Assembly: GCA_964057225.1 (NCBI GenBank)
Contig: OZ059900.1
Coordinates: 22,196,001-22,260,000, forward strand
Source: Auanema rhodensis
Lineage: Eukaryota > Animalia > Nematoda
Direction of reading: 5' to 3'
DNA length: 64,000 bases
A model generated the notes under the pieces. That model was not told the DNA's origin. It saw only the letters and a list, made by a program, of their open reading frames with translations, and searched no databases. The first letter of the stretch is position 1; each line of letters starts with the position of its first letter. The position numbers and the translations under genes are program-made. This document shows, in pieces, positions 12,301 to 27,300 of the stretch.

Positions 12301-15300
12301 TTAGCCATAAGGGGCGTGCCCTCAGAATATGCTAATTTCCTTAATTTTCTAACCCCTGTTTTTTGTCGTGAAAGTGGAACTAGACGTTGTAGGAAAAATT
12401 TTGAGCTAGGTTTCATTGACATTGCATGAGTTTGAACACATGAAATCGTAAGTCAAAACCTTGTTTACAGCGAAATTTCCAAAAACTGGTTTTCCAGCAT
12501 AATAAAATATTTCTCATGGGAAATACTGTGTTTTTGTATTTTTCTAGTGTTCAGCATGTGAAATGCTTCATTTTAGTATGTAACACGCTGAAATTCGTTG
12601 CATTTGACGACTCATATGAACAAAAATCGATTTAATCAATATTAGCCATAAGGGGCGTGCCCTCAGAATATGCTAATTTCCTTAATTTTCTAACCCCTGT
12701 TTTTTTGTCGTGAAAGTGGAACTAGACGTTGTACGAACAATTTTGAGCTAGGTTTCATTGACATTGCATGAGTTTGAACACATGAAATCGTAAGTCAAAA
12801 CCTTGTTTACAGCGAAATTTCCAAAAACTGGTTTTCCAGCATAATAAAATATTTCTCATGGGAAATACTGTGTTTTTGTATTTTTCTAGTGTTCAGCATG
12901 TAAAATGCTTCATTTTAGTATGTAACACGCTGAAATTCGTTGCATTTGACGACTCATATGAACAAAAATCGATTTAATCAATATTAGCCATAAGGGGCGT
13001 GCCCTCAGAATATGCTAATTTCCTTAATTTTCTAACCCCTGTTTTTTTGTCGTGAAAGTGGAACTAGACGTTGTACGAACAATTTTGAGCTAGGTTTCAT
13101 TGACATTGCATGAGTTTGAACACATGAAATCGTAAGTCAAAACCTTGTTTACAGCGAAATTTCCAAAAACTGGTTTTCCAGCATAATAAAATATTTCTCA
13201 TGGGAAATACTGTGTTTTTGTATTTTTCTAGTGTTCAGCATGTAAAATGCTTCATTTTAGTATGTAACACGCTGAAATTCGTTGCATTTGACGACTCATA
13301 TGAACAAAAATCGATTTAATCAATATTAGCCATAAGGGGCGTGCCCTCAGAATATGCTAATTTCCTTAATTTTCTAACCCCTGTTTTTTTGTCGTGAAAG
13401 TGGAACTAGACGTTGTACGAACAATTTTGAGCTAGGTTTCATTGACATTGCATGAGTTTGAACACATGAAATCGTAAGTCAAAACCTTGTTTCAGCGAAA
13501 ATTCCAAAAACTGGTTTTCCAGCATAATAAAATATTTCTCATGGGAAATACTGTGTTTTTGTATTTTTCTAGTGTTCAGCATGTAAAATGCTTCATTTTA
13601 GTTTGTAACACGCTGAAATTCGTTGCATTTGACGACTCATATGAACAAAAATCGATTTAATCAATATTAGCCATAAGGGGCGTGCCCTCAGAATATGCTA
13701 ATTTCCTTAATTTTCTAACCCCTGTTTTTTTGTCGTGAAAGTGGAACTAGACGTTGTACGAACAATTTTGAGCTAGGTTTCATTGACATTGCATGAGTTT
13801 GAACACATGAAATCGTAAGTCAAAACCTTGTTTACAGCGAAAATTCCAAAAACTGGTTTTCCAGCATAATAAAATATTTCTCATGGGAAATACTGTGTTT
13901 TTGTATTTTTCTAGTGTTCAGCATGTAAAATACTTCATTTTAGTATGTAACACGCTGAAATTCGTTGCATTTGACGACTCATATGAACAAAAATCGATTT
14001 AATCAATATTAGCCATAAGGGGCGTGCCCTCAGAATATGCTAATTTCCTAAATTTTCTAACCCCTGTTTTTTTGTCGTGAAAGTGGAACTAGACGTTGTA
14101 CGAACAATTTTGAGCTAGGTTTCATTGACATTGCATGAGTTTGAACACATGAAATCGTAAGTCAAAACCTTGTTTACAGCGAAATTTCCAAAAACTGGTT
14201 TTCCAGCATAATAAAATATTTCTCATGGGAAATACTGTGTTTTTGTATTTTTCTAGTGTTCAGCATGTAAAATACTTCATTTTAGTATGTAACACGCTGA
14301 AATTCGTTGCATTTGACGACTCATATGAACAAAAATCGATTTAATCAATATTAGCCATAAGGGGCGTGCCCTCAGAATATGCTAATTTCCTTAATTTTCT
14401 AACCCCTGTTTTTTTGTCGTGAAAGTGGAACTAGACGTTGTACGAACAATTTTGAGCTAGGTTTCATTGACATTGCATGAGTTTGAACACATGAAATCGT
14501 AAGTCAAAACCTTGTTTACAGCGAAAATTCCAAAAACTGGTTTTCCAGCATAATAAAATATTTCTCATGGGAAATACTGTGTTTTTGTATTTTTCTAGTG
14601 TTCAGCATGTAAAATGCTTCATTTTAGTATGTAACACGCTGAAATTCGTTGCATTTGACGACTCATATGAACAAAAATCGATTTAATCAATATTAGCCAT
14701 AAGGGGCGTGCCCTCAGAATATGCTAATTTCCTAAATTTTCTAACCCCTGTTTTTTTGTCGTGAAAGTGGAACTAGACGTTGTACGAACAATTTTGAGCT
14801 AGGTTTCATTGACATTGCATGAGTTTGAACACATGAAATCGTAAGTCAAAACCTTGTTTACAGCGAAATTTCCAAAAACTGGTTTTCCAGCATAATAAAA
14901 TATTTCTCATGGGAAATACTGTGTTTTTGTATTTTTCTAGTGTTCAGCATGTAAAATACTTCATTTTAGTATGTAACACGCTGAAATTCGTTGCATTTGA
15001 CGACTCATATGAACAAAAATCGATTTAATCAATATTAGCCATAAGGGGCGTGCCCTCAGAATATGCTAATTTCCTTAATTTTCTAACCCCTGTTTTTTTG
15101 TCGTGAAAGTGGAACTAGACGTTGTACGAACAATTTTGAGCTAGGTTTCATTGACATTGCATGAGTTTGAACACATGAAATCGTAAGTCAAAACCTTGTT
15201 TACAGCGAAAATTCCAAAAACTGGTTTTCCAGCATAATAAAATATTTCTCATGGGAAATACTGTGTTTTTGTATTTTTCTAGTGTTCAGCATGTAAAATG

Positions 15301-18300
15301 CTTCATTTTAGTATGTAACACGCTGAAATTCGTTGCATTTGACGACTCATATGAACAAAAATCGATTTAATCAATATTAGCCATAAGGGGCGTGCCCTCA
15401 GAATATGCTAATTTCCTTAATTTTCTAACCCCTGTTTTTTTGTCGTGAAAGTGGAGCTAGACGTTGTACAAACAATTTTGAGCTAGGTTTCATTGACATT
15501 GTATGAGTTTGAACACATGGAATCGTAAGTCAAAACCTTGTTTACAGCGAAATTTCCAAAAACTGGTTTTCCAGCATAATAAAATATTTCTCATGGGAAA
15601 TACTGTGTTTTTGTATTTTTCTAGTGTTCAGCATGTAAAATGCTTCATTTTAGTATGTAACACGCTGAAATTCGTTGCATTTGACGACTCATATGAACAA
15701 AAATCGATTTAATCAATATTAGCCATAAGGGGCGTGCCCTCAGAATATGCTAATTTCCTTAATTTTCTAACCCCTGTTTTTTTGTCGTGAAAGTGGAACT
15801 AGACGTTGTACGAACAATTTTGAGCTAGGTTTCATTGACATTGCATGAGTTTGAACACATGAAATCGTAAGTCAAAACCTTGTTTACAGCGAAAATTCCA
15901 AAAACTGGTTTTCCAGCATAATAAAATATTTCTCATGGGAAATACTGTGTTTTTGTATTTTTCTAGTGTTCAGCATGTAAAATACTTCATTTTAGTATGT
16001 AACACGCTGAAATTCGTTGCATTTGACGACTCATATGAACAAAAATCGATTTAATCAATATTAGCCATAAGGGGCGTGCCCTCAGAATATGCTAATTTCC
16101 TAAATTTTCTAACCCCTGTTTTTTTGTCGTGAAAGTGGAACTAGACGTTGTACGAACAATTTTGAGCTAGGTTTCATTGACATTGCATGAGTTTGAACAC
16201 ATGAAATCGTAAGTCAAAACCTTGTTTACAGCGAAATTTCCAAAAACTGGTTTTCCAGCATAATAAAATATTTCTCATGGGAAATACTGTGTTTTTGTAT
16301 TTTTCTAGTGTTCAGCATGTAAAATGCTTCATTTTAGTATGTAACACGCTGAAATTCGTTGCATTTGACGACTCATATGAACAAAAATCGATTTAATCAA
16401 TATTAGCCATAAGGGGCGTGCCCTCAGAATATGCTAATTTCCTTAATTTTCTAACCCCTGTTTTTTTGTCGTGAAAGTGGAACTAGACGTTGTACGAACA
16501 ATTTTGAGCTAGGTTTCATTGACATTGCATGAGTTTGAACACATGAAATCGTAAGTCAAAACCTTGTTTACAGCGAAAATTCCAAAAACTGGTTTTCCAG
16601 CATAATAAAATATTTCTCATGGGAAATACTGTGTTTTTGTATTTTTCTAGTGTTCAGCATGTAAAATGCTTCATTTTAGTATGTAACACGCTGAAATTCG
16701 TTGCATTTGACTACTCATATGAACAAAAATCGATTTAATCAATATTAGCCATAAGGGGCGTGCCCTCAGAATATGCTAATTTCCTTAATTTTCTAACCCC
16801 TGTTTTTTTGTCGTGAAAGTGGAACTAGACGTTGTACAAACAATTTTGAGCTAGGTTTCATTGACATTGCATGAGTTTGAACACATGAAATCGTAAGTCA
16901 AAACCTTGTTTACAGCGAAATTTCCAAAAACTGGTTTTCCAGCATAATAAAATATTTCTCATGAGAAATACTGTGTTTTTGTATTTTTCTAGTGTTCAGC
17001 ATGTAAAATGCTTAATTTAAGTATGTAACACGATGAAATTCGTTGCATTTGACGACTCATATGAACAAAAATCGATTTAATCAATATTAGCCATAAGGGG
17101 CGTGCCCTCAGAATATGCTAATTTCATTAATTTTCTAACCCCTGTTTTTTTGTCGTGAAAGTGGAACTAGACGTTGTACAAACAATTTTGAGCTAGGTTT
17201 CATTGACATTGCATGAGTTTGAACACATGGAATCGTAAGTCAAAACCTTGTTTACAGCGAAATTTCCAAAAACTGGTTTTCCAGCATAATAAAATATTTC
17301 TCATGGGAAATACTGTGTTTTTGTATTTTTCTAGTGTTCAGCATGTAAAATACTTCATTTTAGTATGTAACACGCTGAAATTCGTTGCATTTGACGACTC
17401 ATATGAACAAAAATCGATTTAATCAATATTAGCCATAAGGGGCGTGCCCTCAGAATATGCTAATTTCCTTAATTTTCTAACCCCTGTTTTTTTGTCGTGA
17501 AAGTGGAACTAGACGTTGTACGAACAATTTTGAGCTAGGTTTCATTGACATTGCATGAGTTTGAACACATGAAATCGTAAGTCAAAACCTTGTTTACAGC
17601 GAAAATTCCAAAAACTGGTTTTCCAGCATAATAAAATATTTCTCATGGGAAATACTGTGTTTTTGTATTTTTCTAGTGTTCAGCATGTAAAATGCTTCAT
17701 TTTAGTATGTAACACGCTGAAATTCGTTGCATTTGACGACTCATATGAACAAAAATCGATTTAATCAATATTAGCCATAAGGGGCGTGCCCTCAGAATAT
17801 GCTAATTTCCTTAATTTTCTAACCCCTGTTTTTTTGTCGTGAAAGTGGAACTAGACGTTGTACAAACAATTTTGAGCTAGGTTTCATTGACATTGCATGA
17901 GTTTGAACACATGGAATCGTAAGTCAAAACCTTGTTTACAGCGAAATTTCCAAAAACTGGTTTTCCAGCATAATAAAATATTTCTCATGGGAAATACTGT
18001 GTTTTTGTATTTTTCTAGTGTTCAGCATGTAAAATGCTTCATTTTAGTATGTAACACGCTGAAATTCGTTGCATTTGACGACTCATATGAACAAAAATCG
18101 ATTTAATCAATATTAGCCATAAGGGGCGTGCCCTCAGAATATGCTAATTTCCTTAATTTTCTAACCCCTGTTTTTTTGTCGTGAAAGTGGAACTAGACGT
18201 TGTACGAACAATTTTGAGCTAGGTTTCATTGACATTGCATGAGTTTGAACACATGAAATCGTAAGTCAAAACCTTGTTTACAGCGAAAATTCCAAAAACT

Positions 18301-21300
18301 GGTTTTCCAGCATAATAAAATATTTCTCATGGGAAATACTGTGTTTTTGTATTTTTCTAGTGTTCAGCATGTAAAATACTTCATTTTAGTATGTAACACG
18401 CTGAAATTCGTTGCATTTGACGACTCATATGAACAAAAATCGATTTAATCAATATTAGCCATAAGGGGCGTGCCCTCAGAATATGCTAATTTCCTAAATT
18501 TTCTAACCCCTGTTTTTTTGTCGTGAAAGTGGAACTAGACGTTGTACGAACAATTTTGAGCTAGGTTTCATTGACATTGCATGAGTTTGAACACATGAAA
18601 TCGTAAGTCAAAACCTTGTTTACAGCGAAATTTCCAAAAACTGGTTTTCCAGCATAATAAAATATTTCTCATGGGAAATACTGTGTTTTTGTATTTTTCT
18701 AGTGTTCAGCATGTAAAATGCTTCATTTTAGTATGTAACACGCTGAAATTCGTTGCATTTGACGACTCATATGAACAAAAATCGATTTAATCAATATTAG
18801 CCATAAGGGGCGTGCCCTCAGAATATGCTAATTTCCTTAATTTTCTAACCCCTGTTTTTTTGTCGTGAAAGTGGAACTAGACGTTGTACGAACAATTTTG
18901 AGCTAGGTTTCATTGACATTGCATGAGTTTGAACACATGAAATCGTAAGTCAAAACCTTGTTTACAGCGAAAATTCCAAAAACTGGTTTTCCAGCATAAT
19001 AAAATATTTCTCATGGGAAATACTGTGTTTTTGTATTTTTCTAGTGTTCAGCATGTAAAATGCTTCATTTTAGTATGTAACACGCTGAAATTCGTTGCAT
19101 TTGACTACTCATATGAACAAAAATCGATTTAATCAATATTAGCCATAAGGGGCGTGCCCTCAGAATATGCTAATTTCCTTAATTTTCTAACCCCTGTTTT
19201 TTTGTCGTGAAAGTGGAACTAGACGTTGTACAAACAATTTTGAGCTAGGTTTCATTGACATTGCATGAGTTTGAACACATGAAATCGTAAGTCAAAACCT
19301 TGTTTACAGCGAAATTTCCAAAAACTGGTTTTCCAGCATAATAAAATATTTCTCATGAGAAATACTGTGTTTTTGTATTTTTCTAGTGTTCAGCATGTAA
19401 AATGCTTAATTTTAGTATGTAACACGATGAAATTCGTTGCATTTGACGACTCATATGAACAAAAATCGATTTAATCAATATTAGCCATAAGGGGCGTGCC
19501 CTCAGAATATGCTAATTTCATTAATTTTCTAACCCCTGTTTTTTTGTCGTGAAAGTGGAACTAGACGTTGTAGGAACAATTTTGAGCTAGGTTTCATTGA
19601 CATTGCATGAGTTTGAACACATGAAATCGTAAGTCAAAACCTTGTTTACAGCGAAATTTCCAAAAACTGGTTTTCCAGCATAATAAAATATTTCTCATGG
19701 GAAATACTGTGTTTTTGTATTTTTCTAGTGTTCAGCATGTAAAATGCTTCATTTTAGTATGTAACACGCTGAAATTCGTTGCATTTGACGACTCATATGA
19801 ACAAAAATCGATTTAATCAATATTAGCCATAAGGGGCGTGCCCTCAGAATATGCTAATTTCCTTAATTTTCTAACCCCTGTTTTTTTGTCGTGAAAGTGG
19901 AACTAGACGTTGTACGAACAATTTTGAGCTAGGTTTCATTGACATTGCATGAGTTTGAACACATGAAATCGTAAGTCAAAACCTTGTTTACAGCGAAAAT
20001 TCCAAAAACTGGTTTTCCAGCATAATAAAATATTTCTCATGGGAAATACTGTGTTTTTGTATTTTTCTAGTGTTCAGCATGTAAAATACTTCATTTTAGT
20101 ATGTAACACGCTGAAATTCGTTGCATTTGACGACTCATATGAACAAAAATCGATTTAATCAATATTAGCCATAAGGGGCGTGCCCTCAGAATATGCTAAT
20201 TTCCTAAATTTTCTAACCCCTGTTTTTTTGTCGTGAAAGTGGAACTAGACGTTGTACGAACAATTTTGAGCTAGGTTTCATTGACATTGCATGAGTTTGA
20301 ACACATGAAATCGTAAGTCAAAACCTTGTTTACAGCGAAAATTCCAAAAACTGGTTTTCCAGCATAATAAAATATTTCTCATGGGAAATACTGTGTTTTT
20401 GTATTTTTCTAGTGTTCAGCATGTAAAATGCTTCATTTTAGTATGTAACACGCTGAAATTCGTTGCATTTGACTACTCATATGAACAAAAATCGATTTAA
20501 TCAATATTAGCCATAAGGGGCGTGCCCTCAGAATATGCTAATTTCCTAAATTTTCTAACCCCTGTTTTTTTGTCGTGAAAGTGGAACTAGACGTTGTACG
20601 AACAATTTTGAGCTAGGTTTCATTGACATTGCATGAGTTTGAACACATGAAATCGTAAGTCAAAACCTTGTTTACAGCGAAATTTCCAAAAACTGGTTTT
20701 CCAGCATAATAAAATATTTCTCATGGGAAATACTGTGTTTTTGTATTTTTCTAGTGTTCAGCATGTGAAATGCTTCATTTTAGTATGTAACACGCTGAAA
20801 TTCGTTGCATTTGACGACTCATATGAACAAAAATCGATTTAATCAATATTAGCCATAAGGGGCGTGCCCTCAGAATATGCTAATTTCCTTAATTTTCTAA
20901 CCCCTGTTTTTTTGTCGTGAAAGTGGAACTAGACGTTGTAGGAACAATTTTGAGCTAGGTTTCATTGACATTGCATGAGTTTGAACACATGAAATCGTAA
21001 GTCAAAACCTTGTTTACAGCGAAATTTCCAAAAACTGGTTTTCCAGCATAATAAAATATTTCTCATGGGAAATACTGTGTTTTTGTATTTTTCTAGTGTT
21101 CAGCATGTAAAATGCTTCATTTCAGTATGTAACACGCTGAAATTCGTTGCATTTGACGACTCATATGAACAAAAATCGATTTAATCAATATTAGCCATAA
21201 GGGGCGTGCCCTCAGAATATGCTAATTTCCTTAATTTTCTAACCCCTGTTTTTTGTCGTGAAAGTGGAACTAGACGTTGTAGGAACAATTTTGAGCTAGG

Positions 21301-24300
21301 TTTCATTGACATTGCATGAGTTTGAACACATGAAATCGTAAGTCAAAACCTTGTTTACAGCGAAATTTCCAAAAACTGGTTTTCCAGCATAATAAAATAT
21401 TTCTCATGGGAAATACTGTGTTTTTGTATTTTTCTAGTGTTCAGCATGTAAAATGCTTCATTTCAGTATGTAACACGCTGAAATTCGTTGCATTTGACGA
21501 CTCATATGAACAAAAATCGATTTAATCAATATTAGCCATAAGGGGCGTGCCCTCAGAATATGCTAATTTCCTTAATTTTCTAACCCCTGTTTTTTGTCGT
21601 GAAAGTGGAACTAGACGTTGTAGGAACAATTTTGAGCTAGGTTTCATTGACATTGCATGAGTTTGAACACATGAAATCGTAAGTCAAAACCTTGTTTACA
21701 GCGAAATTTCCAAAAACTGGTTTTCCAGCATAATAAAATATTTCTCATGGGAAATACTGTGTTTTTGTATTTTTCTAGTGTTCAGCATGTGAAATGCTTC
21801 ATTTTAGTATGTAACACGCTGAAATTCGTTGCATTTGACGACTCATATGAACAAAAATCGATTTAATCAATATTAGCCATAAGGGGCGTGCCCTCAGAAT
21901 ATGCTAATTTCCTTAATTTTCTAACCCCTGTTTTTTTGTCGTGAAAGTGGAACTAGACGTTGTAGGAACAATTTTGAGCTAGGTTTCATTGACATTGCAT
22001 GAGTTTGAACACATGAAATCGTAAGTCAAAACCTTGTTTACAGCGAAATTTCCAAAAACTGGTTTTCCAGCATAATAAAATATTTCTCATGGGAAATACT
22101 GTGTTTTTGTATTTTTCTAGTGTTCAGCATGTAAAATGCTTCATTTCAGTATGTAACACGCTGAAATTCGTTGCATTTGACGACTCATATGAACAATAAT
22201 CGATTTAATCAATATTAGCCATAAGGGGCGTGCCCTCAGAATATGCTAATTTCCTTAATTTTCTAACCCCGGTTTTTTTGTCGTGAAAGTGGAATTAGAC
22301 GTTGTAGGAACAATTTTGAGCTAGGTTTCATTGACATTGCATGAGTTTGAACACATGAAATCGTAAGTCAAAACCTTGTTTACAGCGAAATTTCCAAAAA
22401 CTGGTTTTCCAGCATAATAAAATATTTCTCATGGGAAATACTGTGTTTTTGTATTTTTCTAGTGTTCAGCATGTAAAATGCTTCATTTTAGTATGTAACA
22501 CGCTGAAATTCGTTGCATTTGACTACTCATATGAACAAAAATCGATTTAATCAATATTAGCCATAAGGGGCGTGCCCTCAGAATATGCTAATTTCCTTAA
22601 TTTTCTAACCCCTGTTTTTTTGTCGTGAAAGTGGAACTAGACGTTGTACAAACAATTTTGAGCTAGGTTTCATTGACATTGCATGAGTTTGAACACATGG
22701 AATCGTAAGTCAAAACCTTGTTTACAGCGAAATTTCCAAAAACTGGTTTTCCAGCATAATAAAATATTTCTCATGGGAAATACTGTGTTTTTGTATTTTT
22801 CTAGTGTTCAGCATGTAAAATACTTCATTTTAGTATGTAACACGCTGAAATTCGTTGCATTTGACGACTCATATGAACAAAAATCGATTTAATCAATATT
22901 AGCCATAAGGGGCGTGCCCTCAGAATATGCTAATTTCCTTAATTTTCTAACCCCTGTTTTTTTGTCGTGAAAGTGGAACTAGACGTTGTACGAACAATTT
23001 TGAGCTAGGTTTCATTGACATTGCATGAGTTTGAACACATGAAATCGTAAGTCAAAACCTTGTTTACAGCGAAAATTCCAAAAACTGGTTTTCCAGCATA
23101 ATAAAATATTTCTCATGGGAAATACTGTGTTTTTGTATTTTTCTAGTGTTCAGCATGTAAAATGCTTCATTTTAGTTTGTAACACGCTGAAATTCGTTGC
23201 ATTTGACGACTCATATGAACAAAAATCGATTTAATCAATATTAGCCATAAGGGGCGTGCCCTCAGAATATGCTAATTTCCTTAATTTTCTAACCCCTGTT
23301 TTTTTGTCGTGAAAGTGGAACTAGACGTTGTACGAACAATTTTGAGCTAGGTTTCATTGACATTGCATGAGTTTGAACACATGAAATCGTAAGTCAAAAC
23401 CTTGTTTACAGCGAAAATTCCAAAAACTGGTTTTCCAGCATAATAAAATATTTCTCATGGGAAATACTGTGTTTTTGTATTTTTCTAGTGTTCAGCATGT
23501 AAAATACTTCATTTTAGTATGTAACACGCTGAAATTCGTTGCATTTGACGACTCATATGAACAAAAATCGATTTAATCAATATTAGCCATAAGGGGCGTG
23601 CCCTCAGAATATGCTAATTTCCTAAATTTTCTAACCCCTGTTTTTTTGTCGTGAAAGTGGAACTAGACGTTGTACGAACAATTTTGAGCTAGGTTTCATT
23701 GACATTGCATGAGTTTGAACACATGAAATCGTAAGTCAAAACCTTGTTTACAGCGAAATTTCCAAAAACTGGTTTTCCAGCATAATAAAATATTTCTCAT
23801 GGGAAATACTGTGTTTTTGTATTTTTCTAGTGTTCAGCATGTAAAATGCTTCATTTTAGTATGTAACACGCTGAAATTCGTTGCATTTGACTACTCATAT
23901 GAACAAAAATCGATTTAATCAATATTAGCCATAAGGGGCGTGCCCTCAGAATATGCTAATTTCCTTAATTTTCTAACCCCTGTTTTTTTGTCGTGAAAGT
24001 GGAACTAGACGTTGTACAAACAATTTTGAGCTAGGTTTCATTGACATTGCATGAGTTTGAACACATGAAATCGTAAGTCAAAACCTTGTTTACAGCGAAA
24101 TTTCCAAAAACTGGTTTTCCAGCATAATAAAATATTTCTCATGGGAAATACTGTGTTTTTGTATTTTTCTAGTGTTCAGCATGTAAAATACTTCATTTTA
24201 GTATGTAACACGCTGAAATTCGTTGCATTTGACGACTCATATGAACAAAAATCGATTTAATCAATATTAGCCATAAGGGGCGTGCCCTCAGAATATGCTA

Positions 24301-27300
24301 ATTTCCTTAATTTTCTAACCCCTGTTTTTTTGTCGTGAAAGTGGAACTAGACGTTGTACGAACAATTTTGAGCTAGGTTTCATTGACATTGCATGAGTTT
24401 GAACACATGAAATCGTAAGTCAAAACCTTGTTTACAGCGAAAATTCCAAAAACTGGTTTTCCAGCATAATAAAATATTTCTCATGGGAAATACTGTGTTT
24501 TTGTATTTTTCTAGTGTTCAGCATGTAAAATGCTTCATTTTAGTATGTAACACGCTGAAATTCGTTGCATTTGACGACTCATATGAACAAAAATCGATTT
24601 AATCAATATTAGCCATAAGGGGCGTGCCCTCAGAATATGCTAATTTCCTTAATTTTCTAACCCCTGTTTTTTTGTCGTGAAAGTGGAACTAGACGTTGTA
24701 CGAACAATTTTGAGCTAGGTTTCATTGACATTGCATGAGTTTGAACACATGAAATCGTAAGTCAAAACCTTGTTTACAGCGAAAATTCCAAAAACTGGTT
24801 TTCCAGCATAATAAAATATTTCTCATGGGAAATACTGTGTTTTTGTATTTTTCTAGTGTTCAGCATGTAAAATACTTCATTTTAGTATGTAACACGCTGA
24901 AATTCGTTGCATTTGACGACTCATATGAACAAAAATCGATTTAATCAATATTAGCCATAAGGGGCGTGCCCTCAGAATATGCTAATTTCCTAAACTTTCT
25001 AACCCCTGTTTTTTTGTCGTGAAAGTGGAACTAGACGTTGTACGAACAATTTTGAGCTAGGTTTCATTGACATTGCATGAGTTTGAACACATGAAATCGT
25101 AAGTCAAAACCTTGTTTACAGCGAAATTTCCAAAAACTGGTTTTCCAGCATAATAAAATATTTCTCATGGGAAATACTGTGTTTTTGTATTTTTCTAGTG
25201 TTCAGCATGTAAAATGCTTCATTTTAGTATGTAACACGCTGAAATTCGTTGCATTTGACTACTCATATGAACAAAAATCGATTTAATCAATATTAGCCAT
25301 AAGGGGCGTGCCCTCAGAATATGCTAATTTCCTTAATTTTCTAACCCCTGTTTTTTTGTCGTGAAAGTGGAACTAGACGTTGTACGAACAATTTTGAGCT
25401 AGGTTTCATTGACATTGCATGAGTTTGAACACATGAAATCGTAAGTCAAAACCTTGTTTACAGCGAAAATTCCAAAAACTGGTTTTCCAGCATAATAAAA
25501 TATTTCTCATGGGAAATACTGTGTTTTTGTATTTTTCTAGTGTTCAGCATGTAAAATGCTTCATTTTAGTATGTAACACGCTAAAATTCGTTGCATTTGA
25601 CGACTCATATGAACAAAAATCGATTTAATCAATATTAGCCATAAGGGGCGTGCCCTCAGAATATGCTAATTTCCTTAATTTTCTAACCCCTGTTTTTTTG
25701 TCGTGAAAGTGGAACTAGACGTTGTACGAACAATTTTGAGCTAGGTTTCATTGACATTGCATGAGTTTGAACACATGAAATCGTAAGTCAAAACCTTGTT
25801 TACAGCGAAAATTCCAAAAACTGGTTTTCCAGCATAATAAAATATTTCTCATGGGAAATACTGTGTTTTTGTATTTTTCTAGTGTTCAGCATGTAAAATA
25901 CTTCATTTTAGTATGTAACACGCTGAAATTCGTTGCATTTGACGACTCATATGAACAAAAATCGATTTAATCAATATTAGCCATAAGGGGCGTGCCCTCA
26001 GAATATGCTAATTTCCTAAACTTTCTAACCCCTGTTTTTTTGTCGTGAAAGTGGAACTAGACGTTGTACGAACAATTTTGAGCTAGGTTTCATTGACATT
26101 GCATGAGTTTGAACACATGAAATCGTAAGTCAAAACCTTGTTTACAGCGAAATTTCCAAAAACTGGTTTTCCAGCATAATAAAATATTTCTCATGGGAAA
26201 TACTGTGTTTTTGTATTTTTCTAGTGTTCAGCATGTAAAATGCTTCATTTTAGTATGTAACACGCTGAAATTCGTTGCATTTGACTACTCATATGAACAA
26301 AAATCGATTTAATCAATATTAGCCATAAGGGGCGTGCCCTCAGAATATGCTAATTTCCTTAATTTTCTAACCCCTGTTTTTTTGTCGTGAAAGTGGAACT
26401 AGACGTTGTACAAACAATTTTGAGCTAGGTTTCATTGACATTGCATGAGTTTGAACACATGGAATCGTAAGTCAAAACCTTGTTTACAGCGAAATTTCCA
26501 AAAACTGGTTTTCCAGCATAATAAAATATTTCTCATGGGAAATACTGTGTTTTTGTATTTTTCTAGTGTTCAGCATGTAAAATACTTCATTTTAGTATGT
26601 AACACGCTGAAATTCGTTGCATTTGACGACTCATATGAACAAAAATCGATTTAATCAATATTAGCCATAAGGGGCGTGCCCTCAGAATATGCTAATTTCC
26701 TTAATTTTCTAACCCCTGTTTTTTTGTCGTGAAAGTGGAACTAGACGTTGTACGAACAATTTTGAGCTAGGTTTCATTGACATTGCATGAGTTTGAACAC
26801 ATGAAATCGTAAGTCAAAACCTTGTTTACAGCGAAAATTCCAAAAACTGGTTTTCCAGCATAATAAAATATTTCTCATGGGAAATACTGTGTTTTTGTAT
26901 TTTTCTAGTGTTCAGCATGTAAAATGCTTCATTTTAGTATGTAACACGCTGAAATTCGTTGCATTTGACGACTCATATGAACAAAAATCGATTTAATCAA
27001 TATTAGCCATAAGGGGCGTGCCCTCAGAATATGCTAATTTCCTTAATTTTCTAACCCCTGTTTTTTTGTCGTGAAAGTGGAACTAGACGTTGTACGAACA
27101 ATTTTGAGCTAGGTTTCATTGACATTGCATGAGTTTGAACACATGAAATCGTAAGTCAAAACCTTGTTTACAGCGAAAATTCCAAAAACTGGTTTTCCAG
27201 CATAATAAAATATTTCTCATGGGAAATACTGTGTTTTTGTATTTTTCTAGTGTTCAGCATGTAAAATACTTCATTTTAGTATGTAACACGCTGAAATTCG

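Noticed and set aside
116-26654. Nine near-identical 69-aa ORFs (MSLNTWNRK...)
   Set aside because: They exist only in monomers where A133G turns TGA into TGG; all other monomers stop after five codons. There is no recognisable domain. They are useful only as haplotype markers. Stop-codon readthrough or an alternative code cannot be excluded but has no support.
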